From Octopus vulgaris (Eukaryota): a stretch of DNA of 64,000 nt. Below are positions 1-14,010 of this stretch, piece by piece. The notes under the pieces are model-generated. The model worked only from the letters and a program-made list of their open reading frames with translations. It was not told the DNA's origin and made no database searches. The stretch is taken from the NCBI GenBank assembly GCA_951406725.2, contig OX597820.1, forward strand, positions 47,926,001 to 47,990,000, given 5' to 3'. Numbering within the stretch: the first letter of the stretch is position 1; the number at the start of each line of letters is the position of its first letter. A program made the translations under genes and the position numbers.

Positions 1-17
1 GATAAATAAGTATACCC

Positions 18-478
<461 letters not shown>

Positions 479-774
479 CGTGATCTCCCCTGCCCTAGAC
501 GACAGATGCAGGATTTGGAATTTCTTGCCAAACAGCTAATCCAAATACCTTTTATCATAATGGTCATATGATTGCGGTATACATTTGCTCAAAGTCGACA
601 TTGACAGTGCAGGTGCACTGTAGAGGTGCATGTTGTGCCACATGTCATATGTTGAAGCAATTGCACAGTGACATGAGATAGAATGTTTTGTTGCAGAATA
701 CAAAGCACCTCCCGGTCTGGGAAAAAAAAGCCAGGACTTGCGATCGAGTGCGCAACATCCTAAGTACTATATAT

Positions 775-1090
775 CACCGTGATCACCGTGACCGACCAGG
801 CTATCAGATGTTGCTACACATCGCTGATCACAATGCGCTTCGCATTTTTTTTTTTTTAGCCTTCAAATGACGCCACCCCGCTGGCTAAGCGAGCAGGCTA
901 ACAGAAGAAAGAGTTAGAGAAAGTTGCGGCGAAAGAGTACGGCAGGGATCGCCACCACCCTCTGCCGGAGCCTCGTGGAGCTTTAGGTGTTTTCGCTCAA
1001 TAAACACTCACAACGCCCGGTTTGGGAATCGAAACCACGATCCTCCGATCGCGAGTCCGCAGCCCTAACCACTGGGCCATTGCGCCTCCA
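775..1090 (-). mobile_element. tRNA-derived SINE, head A + tail 2
   Basis: Minus strand reads TGGAGGCGCAATGGCCCAGTGGTTAGGGC (A box)...GTTTCGATTCC (B box). 14-bp TSD TAAGTACTATATAT at 761-774 and 1091-1104. Same tail as 39345-39630. Confidence 0.92.
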
Positions 1091-1267
1091 TAAGTACTAT
1101 ATATAGTGGTAGGAAATGGCAGCCTGATATTTGTTAGAAAGCACGTCAGAATGGGCAATAGAAGACTATATGGAAAACCGACACCCAAAGTATTGAATAG
1201 TTCTAATGACTGGAACGCGGAAATTGATGTGTTGAAATTTTTTTGTATTTTTCAAGCGATATCGGTT

Positions 1268-1478
1268 TCAAATTTTGCCAAAAGACAACAGTTTTGGGTA
1301 AGGGGAAAGTCCATTATATCGACGTCAGTACTGGACTTGTAACTTATTTTATATCACTTCGAAAGGGTGAGAGGCTAAGTTGACTACGGCGGAATTTGAA
1401 CTCAAAACGTAAAGACGGACGAAATGTCGCTAAGCACTTTGCCCGGCGTACTAAGGATTTTGGCTGCTGGCTGGCCTA
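1268..1478 (-). mobile_element. SINE C, older short-tail subfamily (diverged)
   Basis: Matches the SINE C core GAGTTCAAATTCCGCC...GTCGACTT found in the other copies. Confidence 0.8.
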
Positions 1479-1968
1479 TATTATTCAATCCAGATTGCAA
1501 CTACCCGACCTAACATTCAAGATTACATTGGCATAATAGTCTTGAATATCAGGGTGGTGATGTTGGATAAAGTGCCACATGTTAATTCCTTCGTTTCTTT
1601 ACGATAATCACGATGAGGCTAACGTTGTCTTCCATTCTTCCTTGTCCAATATAGGACAGATTTTTTGAGGATAAAGAAAATACAAAAGGCCCATTCATTT
1701 CTCTTAAAACGTCTGAGATGATTGAGTCAATCTCATACAAGCGGGATTTCCAGCATCAATTTTGCATTATTACTGAAATATCAACACTCTTCATTCCTCA
1801 TGGTACAGATTTAACACATTTTGTTATTTGTGCTACTGTTTGTTATGTTTTTCGCTGAAGAAGATTATATTCATTATATATACGCGTGTATATATACGGT
1901 GCTCCAGCATGGCCGCAGTCAAATGACTGAAACAAGTAAAAAAAAAAAAAAATACACAAGCACACTCA

Positions 1969-2031
<63 letters not shown>

Positions 2032-2184
2032 ACAAACACACACACACAAACACACACAAACACACACACACATGATAGTCTCCTATACGGTTCTGAAATT
2101 TACTGAATAACCTGAAAAGATGTTTTGTATATCCTGATCAAATATGTTTGCTGTTCATTAGCTCCCCCCCTCCTTGAAATCGAT

Positions 2185-2362
2185 ATTCACTCTGCAGGTA
2201 CACGGTGTACCACACGTCAGGTATCGAAGTGATCGCAGTGCAACATGAAGTGGTGCTTTCTGTCCTTTACTCAAGAACAAAAAGCACTAGCTGGTCAAAG
2301 AATTGAAATTATGATCTCTCAATCGTGAATGCAATGCCCTAACCATTAGGCCACTTGTCCTT
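2185..2362 (-). mobile_element. Diverged SINE with D-like head and a distinct tail
   Basis: Minus strand GTGGCCTAATGGTTAGGGC...TTGTTCTTGAG, similar to the 38734 head. Confidence 0.6.
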
Positions 2363-3229
2363 ATGTATATAAGGATATACATGCACACAAACAGACACAC
2401 ACACAAACACACACACACACACACAGTCATGCATACAGACACACATAAACGCATATATATGTATGTTTATGTTTGTGATCATGAGTATGTGTGTTTACGC
2501 ACCGACGCACTTCTGGGCTTGCACATGTAAATACCTCAATTTCTGCCACCCATATCATATATATATCATATCCCTTTGTATACAACCCTGGGTTTTTATG
2601 TGGTTCCCATTCCCTTCTGTAAATTAACGATCTAATTGTCTGTGCTATGTATTAACGAGGGTGCTACTATGTGATCGTTCGGTGTTCTGGAAATAAAAAC
2701 CACATTTATCTTTAATCAAATTGTCAAGTCTTAAACGAGAAAGATCATATTGAGCACTACAACGCAAGAAACACTTAAAGACATTGGATGACAATGAGTA
2801 GAATATTTTTCATTCTACTTCGTTTCAATCAATTAGCAGCCTCACTAATTTCTGGCACAAATTAAAATTTCGGAGCCCTCTTTAAACACAATTTAGCAAC
2901 ACCTCGTCAGTCTTTTACAATGTCTTTAAACAGAGATATTCAAAACAATCATCAATGTTTGGAGTTTTCGCTTTTTTCACGTTATGGACACAGAAATCTT
3001 TCAAAATCTCTTTAAATGTTAGGTTTTATGTCTGATCGCTCTATCTTGGCAACAAAATTATGATAATTGCATTACAAACATAATTCCTTTTCAGCCCTAT
3101 TGAGTTTCGGATATTTTTTTAGGGCTGGAGGGCTGAATCGTGACATAAGTTGAAGTACTGCTTTCAAAAATCAGAGCGGTTCTACAGCTACACATTCATA
3201 CACACACAGACACGCGCGCATATGGACAC

Positions 3230-3755
3230 CACCCTGGAAGAGTTTGTATGTAGGATGAATCTTAAACATATGCGCATTGCTCCCAGTTTGGGTTCCCTGT
3301 GTACATTTATTTAACGTTGCAGTGGAGAAGCGAATTCCTTCCTAAAACATACATAGCCTAAATGGTGGACAGAACTTAAGCAAATCTGAAAGTAAAAGTC
3401 GACTACTAGGGTTGCTGTTGGAACATAAGTAGAAGCTGGTTGTGAGTTTTCAGTTGTGTTTTGCGATCAGCAAACTGAAAGGAAGTAATCTCAAAAATAT
3501 CCATACAACCTAGAAGTACTAGATGCGTGCAGGCCTGTTTATGATGCTGCAAATATATATGTAAATTACAAATATATGTGCACTGTATTTATCAGGGAAT
3601 TTTTCTTCCTTACCACAGAATCACGGGCAGTGAGTAAAAAGAAATGACATTTACAAGCCATACAAAAACAGAGTAAAAGGTGTTCTAAAAGATTTTCAAT
3701 TCTACTTCTATCAAGAATAATCGCCTTGAAACTGTTCGAAAATTGAATACCTACA
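3230..3755 (+). mobile_element. Highly decayed LINE RT remnant (possible)
   Basis: AAGAATAATCGCCTTGAAACTGTTCGAAAATTGAATACCT resembles the RT-terminal 'LE.V..F.YL' motif; otherwise degenerate. Confidence 0.3.
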
Positions 3756-3851
3756 TACTAAGTGCGCGTGCAAAACAACAAAATACATACATATGTTTAT
3801 ATGAATGTTTATATGAATGTATGTATGTGTGCATATATATATATTTCTGTG

Positions 3852-3903
<52 letters not shown>

Positions 3904-4012
3904 TTGTAAGCCACGTGGGAATTTCTCCACTCTGAATATTAATTCGCATTATGCACAATGGTGTACTTTGTTCCTTGTTTCTATAGGGCATATTTTGCAC
4001 TCTCTCTCACAC

Positions 4013-4079
<67 letters not shown>

Positions 4080-4954
4080 CCCCCTCTCTCTCTCTGTATA
4101 TATATATATGCTGAAGTGCATATATTGAAATTAGTGGTGAAATAGAGATTTTATTGATATTGAAATTATCTACGTTGCATCATACTACATCTCGAGCAAT
4201 CATTAAATTGGTAAATAGCATCCTCTTTTATATCAACCTGTCTCATGCTCTTTTATCTTTTCTAAAAAGCATATACTTACATGCACTCATACACGCACAT
4301 ATATATTAAATCATTTTCATATATTCTGTGTATGTATATGTGCATACATGTACATAATGTAGTGTACTTATTTGACTTCGTTCGCGTGTTACCGTAAGTA
4401 TTTCTTAGATAACAACCTTAGTTGCTATAAGGTGTAAAGTAACTCTAGCGCCGCCACCGTCAGCACACATTCCACAGCTAAGCTATATCTACAATTATTG
4501 CAATTAGTCGAACCCAAATCCCTACCAATTGCAGCACCATCAAGAACACTATTAACTACACTGCTACCATCTCCTGTCTAATAGTTGCTTTCAACTTTAT
4601 CTTTTGTCAAACATACTTTCGAACTCTCCCCCACCGCCCGCCTATCCACCAACCAACCAACCAACCAACCAACCGATCAACCAACCAACCAGCCAACCAG
4701 CTAAAACCTCATCCAAATTCTCTTCTGTACACCACTTACAGTTGTTACCTACTCTCCCCTTATCCCAATCTGTAACCCAGTATTCAGTTAGGAAAAAAAA
4801 CCCAAAAAAAAAACAAAAAGATGAAATAAAATGAAGAGCACAGATGTTTGATCTTTCTTGAAAGGTCAATCAGTGCACAATCGATTTTTAACTTTTCCAC
4901 CTCTATCGACCCCTCAAACCCCCCGACCCGCCCAACGACCACCATTATTATTAT

Positions 4955-5478
4955 CTTCACCACCACCACCACCACCATCACCGCTACCATCAGGAAGTCA
5001 ATCAACCCACCCCCGACGCCATCATGATGTGCATTAAAATGTCGCCCACACCATACGTAACATCGCCATAATATATAACACGACGACGACGACGGCCACC
5101 ACCACCACCACCAACACCACCACAAGACCACAACTGCCTCCATAACTATTATGACGTTCGCCATTACCACCAACACCACCACCACCACCGCCGCCGCCAC
5201 TTTTACGATCACAATCAGCAGCAACAATACCAACGATAACGACCCGAGCATCACCGTCAACACTGCTGCATATTTTCTCCCATTCGCAAATAATTATCTG
5301 TCACTATCTCCTCGTAACACCGATTCTTTCTTTCTTTCTATCTTTCTTTCTTTCTTTCTTTCTTTCCTTCTTTCCTCCTTTCGTTCCTCCTTTCCTTCTT
5401 TCCTTCTTCCTTTCTTCCTTTCTTTCCTTCCTTCTTTCTTTCTTTCTTTCTTTCCTTCTTCCTTTTTTCCTTTCTTTC

Positions 5479-5511
<33 letters not shown>

Positions 5512-5589
5512 TTTCTTTCTTTCTTTCTTTCCTTCTTTCTTTCTTTCTTTCCTTCTCTCTTTCTTTCTTCCTTTCTTTCTTTCTTTCGT

Positions 5590-5621
<32 letters not shown>

Positions 5622-5690
5622 TATTTTTTCTTCCTCTTCCTCTCTCACTCTTTCTCTCTCGCTCTTTCTCTCCCCCTTTTCCATGTCCTT
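4955..5690. repeat. (CAC/GAC)n low-complexity tract followed by a (CTTT)n polypyrimidine tract
   Basis: Directly visible. Confidence 0.9.
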
Positions 5691-5969
5691 ACTCTTCCTG
5701 CCTTCTCCGTCGATTTCTTTCTATTTGTTTCTTTTTCTAAACAATCATCATCTATACTAACTTAACGTACATCCTCCGTTTCTTCACCTCAATTCAGAGC
5801 CACATTTAGATTCTCTCTTTCTCTCTCTCTCTCCCACTTACAAGGAATTTTACCTCTCGCAGCTCCTCAACAACTTCTGTTCAATCGCTAGTTCTCATCA
5901 CATGTCTAACCGCCCCCTTTCTCCCATCACCCCACCTCTGTATATGTGTGTGCGTGCGAGTATGTATGT

Positions 5970-6115
5970 AGGCGTGGCTATGTGGAGCAAAAAGGTTGCT
6001 TCCCAATCCGGGGTCAGTGCTATGGCATTCCAGCTTGGGCAAGTGTCTTTTACGGTCTCGAGCTGGTCAAAGCCTTGTGAGCGGTTGTGGTAGCCGGAAA
6101 CTGAAAGAATACCAT
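5970..6115 (+). mobile_element. SINE B 5' part (tRNA head + CORE-like segment)
   Basis: GGCGTGGCTATGTGG...CTTGGGCAAGTGTCTT...GGAAACTGAAAGAA, followed by (TA)n. Confidence 0.8.
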
Positions 6116-6212
6116 TATATATATATATATATAAGAAATAAGTGGAAATTTTACCGGTGAGTGTGTTAAATTATATGGCACAAAAAGAAAATGACTCTCC
6201 CCAGACACAACA

Positions 6213-6316
<104 letters not shown>

Positions 6317-7202
6317 GTGTGTGTATGTGTGTTTGTTAGGTGTATTCATATGCATAAATATATTTTCTTACCCCTATCTAAATAATTCTACCATCCTCTC
6401 TGAACGATCAAACAGCACACATCACACATATAACCACAACGCCTGCTCTTGAAGCTAATGGGTTCCAAGATAAAAATCAACAATATCAAAAGGAATATGT
6501 ATTTGGTTTACACTTGTGCTCACCGTCCTCGTAGATTTATAGATAGGCATTTCCGCTTTAAACATAGACATAACAAATTAGTAAGTATGCATACTCAGAA
6601 GATTATGTTTACCTGCACTGCATATACCAATCAAGTCATACCTCAAAAACACTTTCCTACTGAGGCAAGATTCCCCTTCAAAGACGTTACTACATGTCCA
6701 CGGAATCATATATTAGGCATATGACAAGTTGATCGAGTCAGTCAATTAAACAATCTGATGTGTAACATCGGCATGATGGAAGTTCGTTTTATCACTAGAT
6801 ATCATATTTTAGAAGTATGGGAAGCGCAGGGCTACAAACGTAACTGAAAGAGAATGTCAGCTTACTTTCTCTGAAGGAAAATATTGCTGGATGTCAAGAA
6901 AAATATGGACACCACAACGCGGAAAAGAGATTAATACCCAAAATTTATTACAGGTGTTACAGAAATCTACATCAGAGAAATCTGTCCCCTGGATGCAGGA
7001 GAGAAAATTTCTCCTGCGGCACCATTGAGTGACGCTCACTTGAAAAATCAACCAATGTTTCTGCCTGAATTTCTCCAATGTAACTCATATGCATAGCCTT
7101 TTCTTTGAATATTTGTCTCCTCCTTATTTATTCCATCGTTCCTCTTTATTTCTCTTTTATCTCATTTCATGTCTCTTTGTCGTATACTTGGCATACAACA
7201 TC

Positions 7203-7529
7203 AGTGGAGGCGCAATGGCCCAGTGGTTAGGGCAGCAGACTCGCGGTCATAGGATCGCGATTTCGATTCCCAGACCGGGCGTTGTGAGTGTTTATTGAGC
7301 GAAAACACCTAAAACTCCACGAGGCTCCTGCAGGGGATGGTGGTGATCCCTGCTGTACTCTTTCACCACAACTTTCTCTCACTCTTACTTCCTGTTTCTG
7401 TTGTACCTGTATTTCAAAGGGCTGGCCTTGTCACTATCTGTGTCACGCTGAATATCCCCGAAAACAGACGTGTCTATGGAGTGCTCAGCCACTTACACGT
7501 TAATTTCACGTGCTTCATGTACTTCCATC
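7203..7529 (+). mobile_element. SINE head A + tail 1 (internal deletions)
   Basis: A/B boxes; near-identical to 14415 and 26587; flanking CATACAACATC at 7192-7202 and 7530-7540. Confidence 0.92.
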
Positions 7530-7721
7530 CATACAACATCCATCCATACAAACATGCACACATATATGTGCACATGTACACATATATGTGAACATACAGA
7601 CATTTATGTGCACACGCACACATATGAGTAATTTTGCGGGATCGAGCGAGTTTATTCTTCAGAGGATGCATTGCAATGCTTTTGGTTGTAATTCTGAAAA
7701 AACACAAAAGAAAGAAAATGT

Positions 7722-7950
7722 ACGAGCTGGCAGAATCGTTTGCACGCCGGGCGAAATGCGTAGCCGTATTTCGTCCGTCGTTACGTTGTGAGTTCAAATT
7801 CCGCCAAAGTCGACTTTGCCTTTCATCCTTTCGGGGTCGATAAATTAAGTACCGGTTATGCACTGGGGTCGATGGAATCGACATAATCCGTTTGTCTGTC
7901 CTTGTTTGTTCCCTCAGTGTTTAGCCCCTTGTGGGTAGTAAAGAAATATA
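7722..7950 (+). mobile_element. SINE C with Tx1-like 3' tail
   Basis: CGAGCTGGCAGAATCGTT...GTCGACTTTGCCTTTCATCCTTTCGGGGTCGATAAATTAAGTACC...TTTAGCCCCTTGTGGGTAGTAAAGAAATA. Confidence 0.92.
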
Positions 7951-8297
7951 TATATTTATAAGTAATAATTTAAAATTTAGGTACACATTTTGTAGCATGA
8001 CGTTTGAAGCCCGTTCACTGTATTCGGCTAATAGATGTCATCAGCAGTGTGGATTTAAATGTCACTGGATTTACTTCAGTAACTGTTATGTCGCATGTTC
8101 GGATGACCTCTACTCAACTCTACTCTACTCTACGCTACTATGTTCTAGTCTACTACGACTGCTACTTCTCTCTAGAGAAGTAGACAAGAATATTATGTCC
8201 CTTCGATATCAATACTTCAGATTCAGGATTATTACCTGGTTATCCTGGTACAGGCCTGCATTCCTTGCGGGTCTGATCACTTGCCGTAGAGATATAC

Positions 8298-8508
8298 TTT
8301 TTTACTCTTTTACTTGTTTCAGTTATTTGACGGCGGCCATGCTAGAGCATCGTCTTTAGTCGACCAATTTGACACCAGGATTTATTCTTTGTAAGCCTAC
8401 TACTTATTCTATCGGTTCCTTTTGCCGAACCGCTAAGTCACGGGGACATAAGCACACCACCATCGGTTGTCAAGCGATGTTGGGGGCAGAAACACAGACA
8501 CACAAACA

Positions 8509-8598
<90 letters not shown>

Positions 8599-8772
8599 TA
8601 TATATATATACATATATACAACGGGCTTCCTTCAGTTTCGGTCTACCAAATCCACTCACAAGGCTTTGGTCGGCTCGAGGCTATAGTAGAAGACACTTGT
8701 CCAAGGTGCTACGCAGTGGGAATGAACCCGGAACTATGTGGTTGGTAAACAAACTACTTACCACACAGCCAC
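8298..8772 (-). mobile_element. Full-length SINE B with internal (TA)n(TG)n microsatellite
   Basis: Minus strand GTGGCTGTGTGGTAAG head, CCTTGGACAAGTGTCTT CORE-like segment, microsatellite, and tail ending CATGGCCGC...AACTGAAACAAGTAAAAGAGTAAAA. Confidence 0.92.
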
Positions 8773-8969
8773 TTGTACAATATATGATAATAGGTTGGTT
8801 CGTTTGCTATATTGTCATATAGCGTGTCGGCAAAAAGTACCCCAAAGTATAAGTACCAGAGTAAAACAATACTGAGATGGATTTCATCAGCATAACGCTT
8901 CGAAGCGATGCCCGACATGATATGATGGAAACAAGTAAAAGAATAAGAAAAATGTATGCACGTCGCTCA

Positions 8970-9127
8970 TGCGTGGCTGTGTAATTGAGAAGCTGTTATC
9001 CTAAAATGTGGTTTTGGGTTTCAGTCCCACTGTACGGCACATTCAGCAAGTGTCTTCCACTGTCGACCAGGGCTGATCAAATCTTGTGAGTACATTTGGT
9101 AGAAGGAAACTCTGTAGAAGCCCGTCG

Positions 9128-9194
<67 letters not shown>

Positions 9195-9480
9195 GCGCGC
9201 GCGCGCGTGTGTGTATGTTTGTGTGTGTATGTGTGCCTTCCTGCATTTGTGTGTGTGTTTCTGAGTGTGCTTTTGTGTTTGTTTCCTACCACCCTTCAGC
9301 AGCCGTTGTTGGTGTGTTTGCATCTCCGCAATTTAGCGCTTCGCCAAAAGGGATTGATATTATAATTATTAGGATTATAAATAAGTGCTGTGGGTCGAAT
9401 TTTAGCCACTAAATGTATCAAAACTGTTCCCCCCCCAGCATGGTTGCAATCCAAAGACTGATGCGAGTAAAAGATAAACG
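8970..9480 (+). mobile_element. SINE B (older) with internal microsatellite, inverted relative to 8298-8772
   Basis: Same head-microsatellite-tail order. Confidence 0.85.
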
Positions 9481-9859
9481 ATACAAAACCCAGTCATATA
9501 TACAAATATATTTGTACACGTAAATACAAACGCATTTACATATGAGTAAACAAATACTGTATGAGAAACATTTTTACCCGCTTCATATTTGCTACGTTTT
9601 TCCATTCCTCCTGTCAGAAACTTAGGCCTTTCCTACCTACACATTACATCATCGTAGCAGACATCAACACAGGCATACATACATACATAATACATACATA
9701 CATACATACATACATCCATACATACATACATACATACATACATACATACATACACATACAGGCTGTCTGTATTTATGGTTGTGTGGGCTGAATGTCAGGT
9801 TTTATTTCCTGCAGCCAACATTGATTTTTACACGACATTTTGTGATATAAACATAAACA

Positions 9860-10035
9860 TATTGATGATAATGATAACAACAATGACAACAATAACAACA
9901 ACGCCGACGATGATGATGATGATAATGATGAGGCTGAAAATAATAGTTACTATTACTACTACTACTACTACTGCTGCTGCTGCCGCCACCACCACCGCCA
10001 CCACCACCACCACCACCACCGCCTCCACCCCACCC

Positions 10036-10083
<48 letters not shown>

Positions 10084-10325
10084 TGACGACGACGACGACG
10101 ACGTTCGATATTTCCTTCCCGGAATGCTGTCTCTCTACAATTCTCTCCCATCTCATCTCATGTTTCCCTTACAGGCATAAGCACCCCTCTAGGCCAACAC
10201 GAATAACAACAACAACAACAACAACAACAACAAAGAACAACTACAACAGCAATAACAACTAGAACAACAGCAGGAGCAGTGACAACAACAACAACGACAG
10301 CAACAACAATGATAAGAAGAAGGAT
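9860..10325. repeat. Compound trinucleotide repeats (GAT/CTA/CAC/GAC/CAA)
   Basis: Directly visible. Confidence 0.9.
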
Positions 10326-11235
10326 AATGCGAAAGGAAATGTTTAACAGACTAGTTCATTAAGTTCATTTATGATAGCATGGTGCAGAGAACGTAACTTT
10401 CAGATCTTGCGTTTCATTTGAGAGTATAGAACGAAGAAAATTTGCCAATTGCTTTCATACTGGGCAGGTCTTGAAATGTTAAATTTTGATCCCCTCATGG
10501 CATATGATCATATCGAACAATCTCATTAAACTTTTGTTAAGTAATTGTTGCCCTTACAGATCATTAGTTTTCCCAGAAGAAAAGCGGTCAGTCTTTAGAT
10601 TAGCAAGCTACATATATCGTTCTGCCCTCTCTCTCCATTGAGGTCAGTGTACTAAAGCTTCAAATGGCCCTGTTGGTCTGGCTGTTACTACGTACAAAGC
10701 CTCACCGGATTTGATAATGTTTAGTCTCACTTCTGCCCAAGTATTTAGTCCATTTGTTTTGGTTCATTTCTGTCCAAATCAATCAGACTCATATAAATAA
10801 TTTAAGACATTCACGAAAATACCAGCCGTTGATTTTGTTTTGTTATGTAGTGTGTCTTGGAAAACATTATCTATCCAACATGACCTTCATTTCTGAAGAC
10901 CGTGGAGATTGACTTGGAAAACTTTTAATTGCTATATTATGTTCGTAGAAGAGTTAGGTTTTATTTTATGCATGCAAGCAGCGGCAAAACTCAAAAGCTG
11001 ATGCGCCGGGTGGCTGTCTGGTAAGATGTTTGGTTCGCAAGCAAGAGATTCAGTCTCACTGTGTGGTACCTTGCACAAGTGTCGCCTACTCTAACCCCGG
11101 GTCAACCAGTCTTGCACGTAGATTTGGTAAACGGAAAGTGAAAGACGCCTATTATATATGTATGTATGTATATATATGCACTCACTCACTCACTCATTAT
11201 CTCTCTCTCTCACACACACACGCACGCACACATAT

Positions 11236-11590
11236 ACAGGGTGTCCTCAAAGTTCCTGATGTGTTTCAATTTTTAATAACTTTCTTAGCTTTACAAATAA
11301 ATGCATGAAATTTTGATACAATATAAAGGACGTAAAAATTAATATGCCTAAGTCAAATTTTGCAACGCCACTACATCACATATGAAAATGACATCGCTTA
11401 AATAGTAGCCATTTTAGGCTTCGCACGGCCGTGCCCTTTCCAAAACTTGCACCATAACACCCTCAAGCGTTTCAGACCCCGCTCCTATGATTTCTCTATT
11501 GATGTTCTTCAGTTGTACCAGGGTCTCCGATTTGTTGATGTAAACCCTCTTCTTCAGGTATCCCCAGAAGAAAAGCGAAGTCTGTGGAAC
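11236..11590 (-). mobile_element. Tc1/mariner-superfamily transposase C-terminal relic with terminal TACAGGGTGTCC
   Basis: ORF 11414-11632 contains FFWGYLKKRVY...LVQLK, matching the DFFLWGYLK.KVY motif; TA-CAGGGTGT is a typical terminus. Confidence 0.8.
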
Positions 11591-11620
11591 GTGAGGGACA
11601 TTTAAAGTAGACCTCACACA

Positions 11621-11771
11621 TGGTTTCAGCAAGATGGGGCAACTGCTATTACCGCAAGAGAAATAATGCAGTTGCTACAGCAGAGCTTCGAAGAGAAAAT
11701 AATCTCCCACTACGGCAATGTCAACTGGCTTCAAAGAGAGAGTTTACCTAAAAGAACCGGAGACCCTGGTG
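11621..11771 (+). mobile_element. Tc1/mariner-superfamily transposase fragment
   Basis: Translates from 11621 as WFQQDGATAITAREIMQLLQQSFEEKIISHYGNVNW, the second catalytic Asp motif. Confidence 0.85.
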
Positions 11772-11820
11772 TAATATATATACACACACACACATAAAAG
11801 GGTATATTCACACACACACA

Positions 11821-11855
<35 letters not shown>

Positions 11856-12021
11856 ACACACACACTACACTTTATAATGTAAGTGCTGGATCGATCCACA
11901 CGACCAAAATCCTTCAAGCCAGTGCTCCAGCAAGGCCGTAGACCAATAACTGAAACAAAAATAAAAGATAAAAGGCCTCTGTTTACTCTGACTAAATGTT
12001 TACTGTGGTGAGGACAATAAT

Positions 12022-12194
12022 ACTCTTTTACTCTTTTACTTGTTTCAGTCATTTGACTGCGGCCAATGCTGGAACACCCCAGGACTTATTCTTTGTAAGC
12101 CTAGCACTTATTCTATCGGTCTCTTTTGCCGAACCGCTTAGCATCTGTTGTCAAGCGAAGTTGGGGGACAAACACAGACACACAAACACACACA

Positions 12195-12280
<86 letters not shown>

Positions 12281-12440
12281 CATATATACGACGGGCTTCT
12301 TTCAGTTTCCGTCTACCAAATCCACTCACAAGACTTTGGTCGGTCCGAGGTTGTAGTAGAAGACACTCGCCCAAGGTGCCACGCAGTGGGACTGAACCCG
12401 GAAGCATGTGATTCTGAAGCAAGCTACTTGCCACATAGTC
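12022..12440 (-). mobile_element. SINE B with internal (TG)n
   Basis: Head, CORE-like segment and tail match 8298-8772. Confidence 0.9.
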
Positions 12441-12585
12441 ATGAAGATGATGATGATGATAATGTGTGAATGATGGTGGTCATAATAGTGTTTGTGCTGT
12501 CGTTCAGCTCGCATGGGGCAGATTTACGATTATAGTGCTTCCCTTTTGGGCATCTTATCATTTCATATGTACACCGAGGACATCA

Positions 12586-12692
12586 GGCGCAGGCGTGGAT
12601 GCTGTGGTGAGAAGTCTGCTTCCAAGCCACATGATTTCGTGTTCGGTTCCACTGCCATGTACCTTGGGCAAATCATGTCTTCTAGCCGACCT
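12586..12692 (+). mobile_element. SINE B head fragment
   Basis: GGCGCAGGCGTGG...CCACATG...CCTTGGGCAA. Confidence 0.75.
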
Positions 12693-12759
12693 CATACATT
12701 CTGCATTTCACTTCAATGCTTTCACCATCTATCTTTCCACCAACCTATCCCACCGTCCG

Positions 12760-14010
12760 GCTATCTCTCCCCCTCTCTCTCTCTCTATATATATATATCC
12801 CCTCTCTCTCTCTTTCTTCCTCTCACTCTTTCTCTCTCTCGTTCTCTCTCTCTCTATCTTAATCGAGGCTTTAATCTCATTCTCTCTACCTCCCTCGCTT
12901 TCTAAACCTCTACTCTTTCACTTAAGTATCTCCTTTTCTAAATAAACACCAACTCGTATTTTCTTCTTTTCCTTCCTTCTTTCTTTCTTTCTTTCTTTCT
13001 TTCTTTCATTCTTTCTTTCTTTCTTTCTTTCTCACATTCCCCTCTCCCCCGCTCTCTCTCAAGCTATTTTTCATTCTCTTTACACCATTTTTTTATTACA
13101 TATATCAGTTTCTGTCACTTTCATCTTCATTCTTTCCTAATGCTAACCATTTTCTCCCTCTTAGCTTCTCTCTCTCTTTCTCTCTCTCTCCGCTCTCTCC
13201 TCTCTCTTTCACTCAGTTATTTTTCTTAGATTCTCTCTCTCGCCAGGTTTTCACTCCCTCATTTCACTCTTATTCTTATCTCTTTCTTTTTCACTCAGTT
13301 ATCTGTCTGTCTTTCTCTCTCTCTCTCTCTCTCTTCTTTCTCAGTTTCTATTAAATGAATAACTCTCTACGTTTACTTCTTTTATCCCCGCCCCTCTTGT
13401 TACTCTCCTTTTAAATCTCATCTCTATATCTCTTCTACCCCCACATTAATCTTTCAGCAACCTTTCCCTCTCTCCTCACCCCTGGCTCTCTCTGTACATT
13501 CACCGTCTAATTGTTCTCTCTTCACTGCACTCTATTTCGTCTCCTTATGAGTTTTCTTTATCCCCACTCTCTCTACCTCCTCGCTACACTCTCCTTATAA
13601 TCTTAATCTCTCTCTCTCTCTCTCGCTGGCTCTGTTCACTCTCTTTATCTCCACTCCCTTCTCACTCATTTTATTCTCTTTTCTATCTCATTCTCTTTTC
13701 TTTCCGAGGTCTTCTTTCTTTCTTTCTCTCTCTCTCTCTCTCTCTCTGTCTTTCTTTCCGTCTCTCCGTTTCTCTCGCTCTCTCTCTTCCCCTCTCTCCC
13801 TCCATCTCCTTCGCTTTCTGTCACCATTTGCAATTTAACACCCAGAACCCTCTCTCTCTCTCAGTCTCTCTCCCATTCTCACTCTCTCATCGTCTCTCTC
13901 TCTCTCTCTCCGTTTTACAGTCCCCCTCCCCTCTAATCTCTCCTCCTCTCCCTTTCCATGACACTTCGCTTCCCCCCTTCCCTCTCACATATTTCACACC
14001 TCTAACCTCC
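12760..14010. repeat. ~1.2-kb CT-rich polypyrimidine low-complexity tract
   Basis: Directly visible (CT)n/(CTTT)n mosaic. Confidence 0.85.

Noticed and set aside
5151-5765. 204-aa F/L/S-rich ORF
   Set aside because: (CTTT)n microsatellite
6780-7080. Possible mariner transposase relic
   Set aside because: Only vague resemblance; no readable catalytic motif
7206-7285. tRNA genes at the SINE heads
   Set aside because: A/B boxes are present, but there is no complete cloverleaf and they continue into SINE bodies with TSDs
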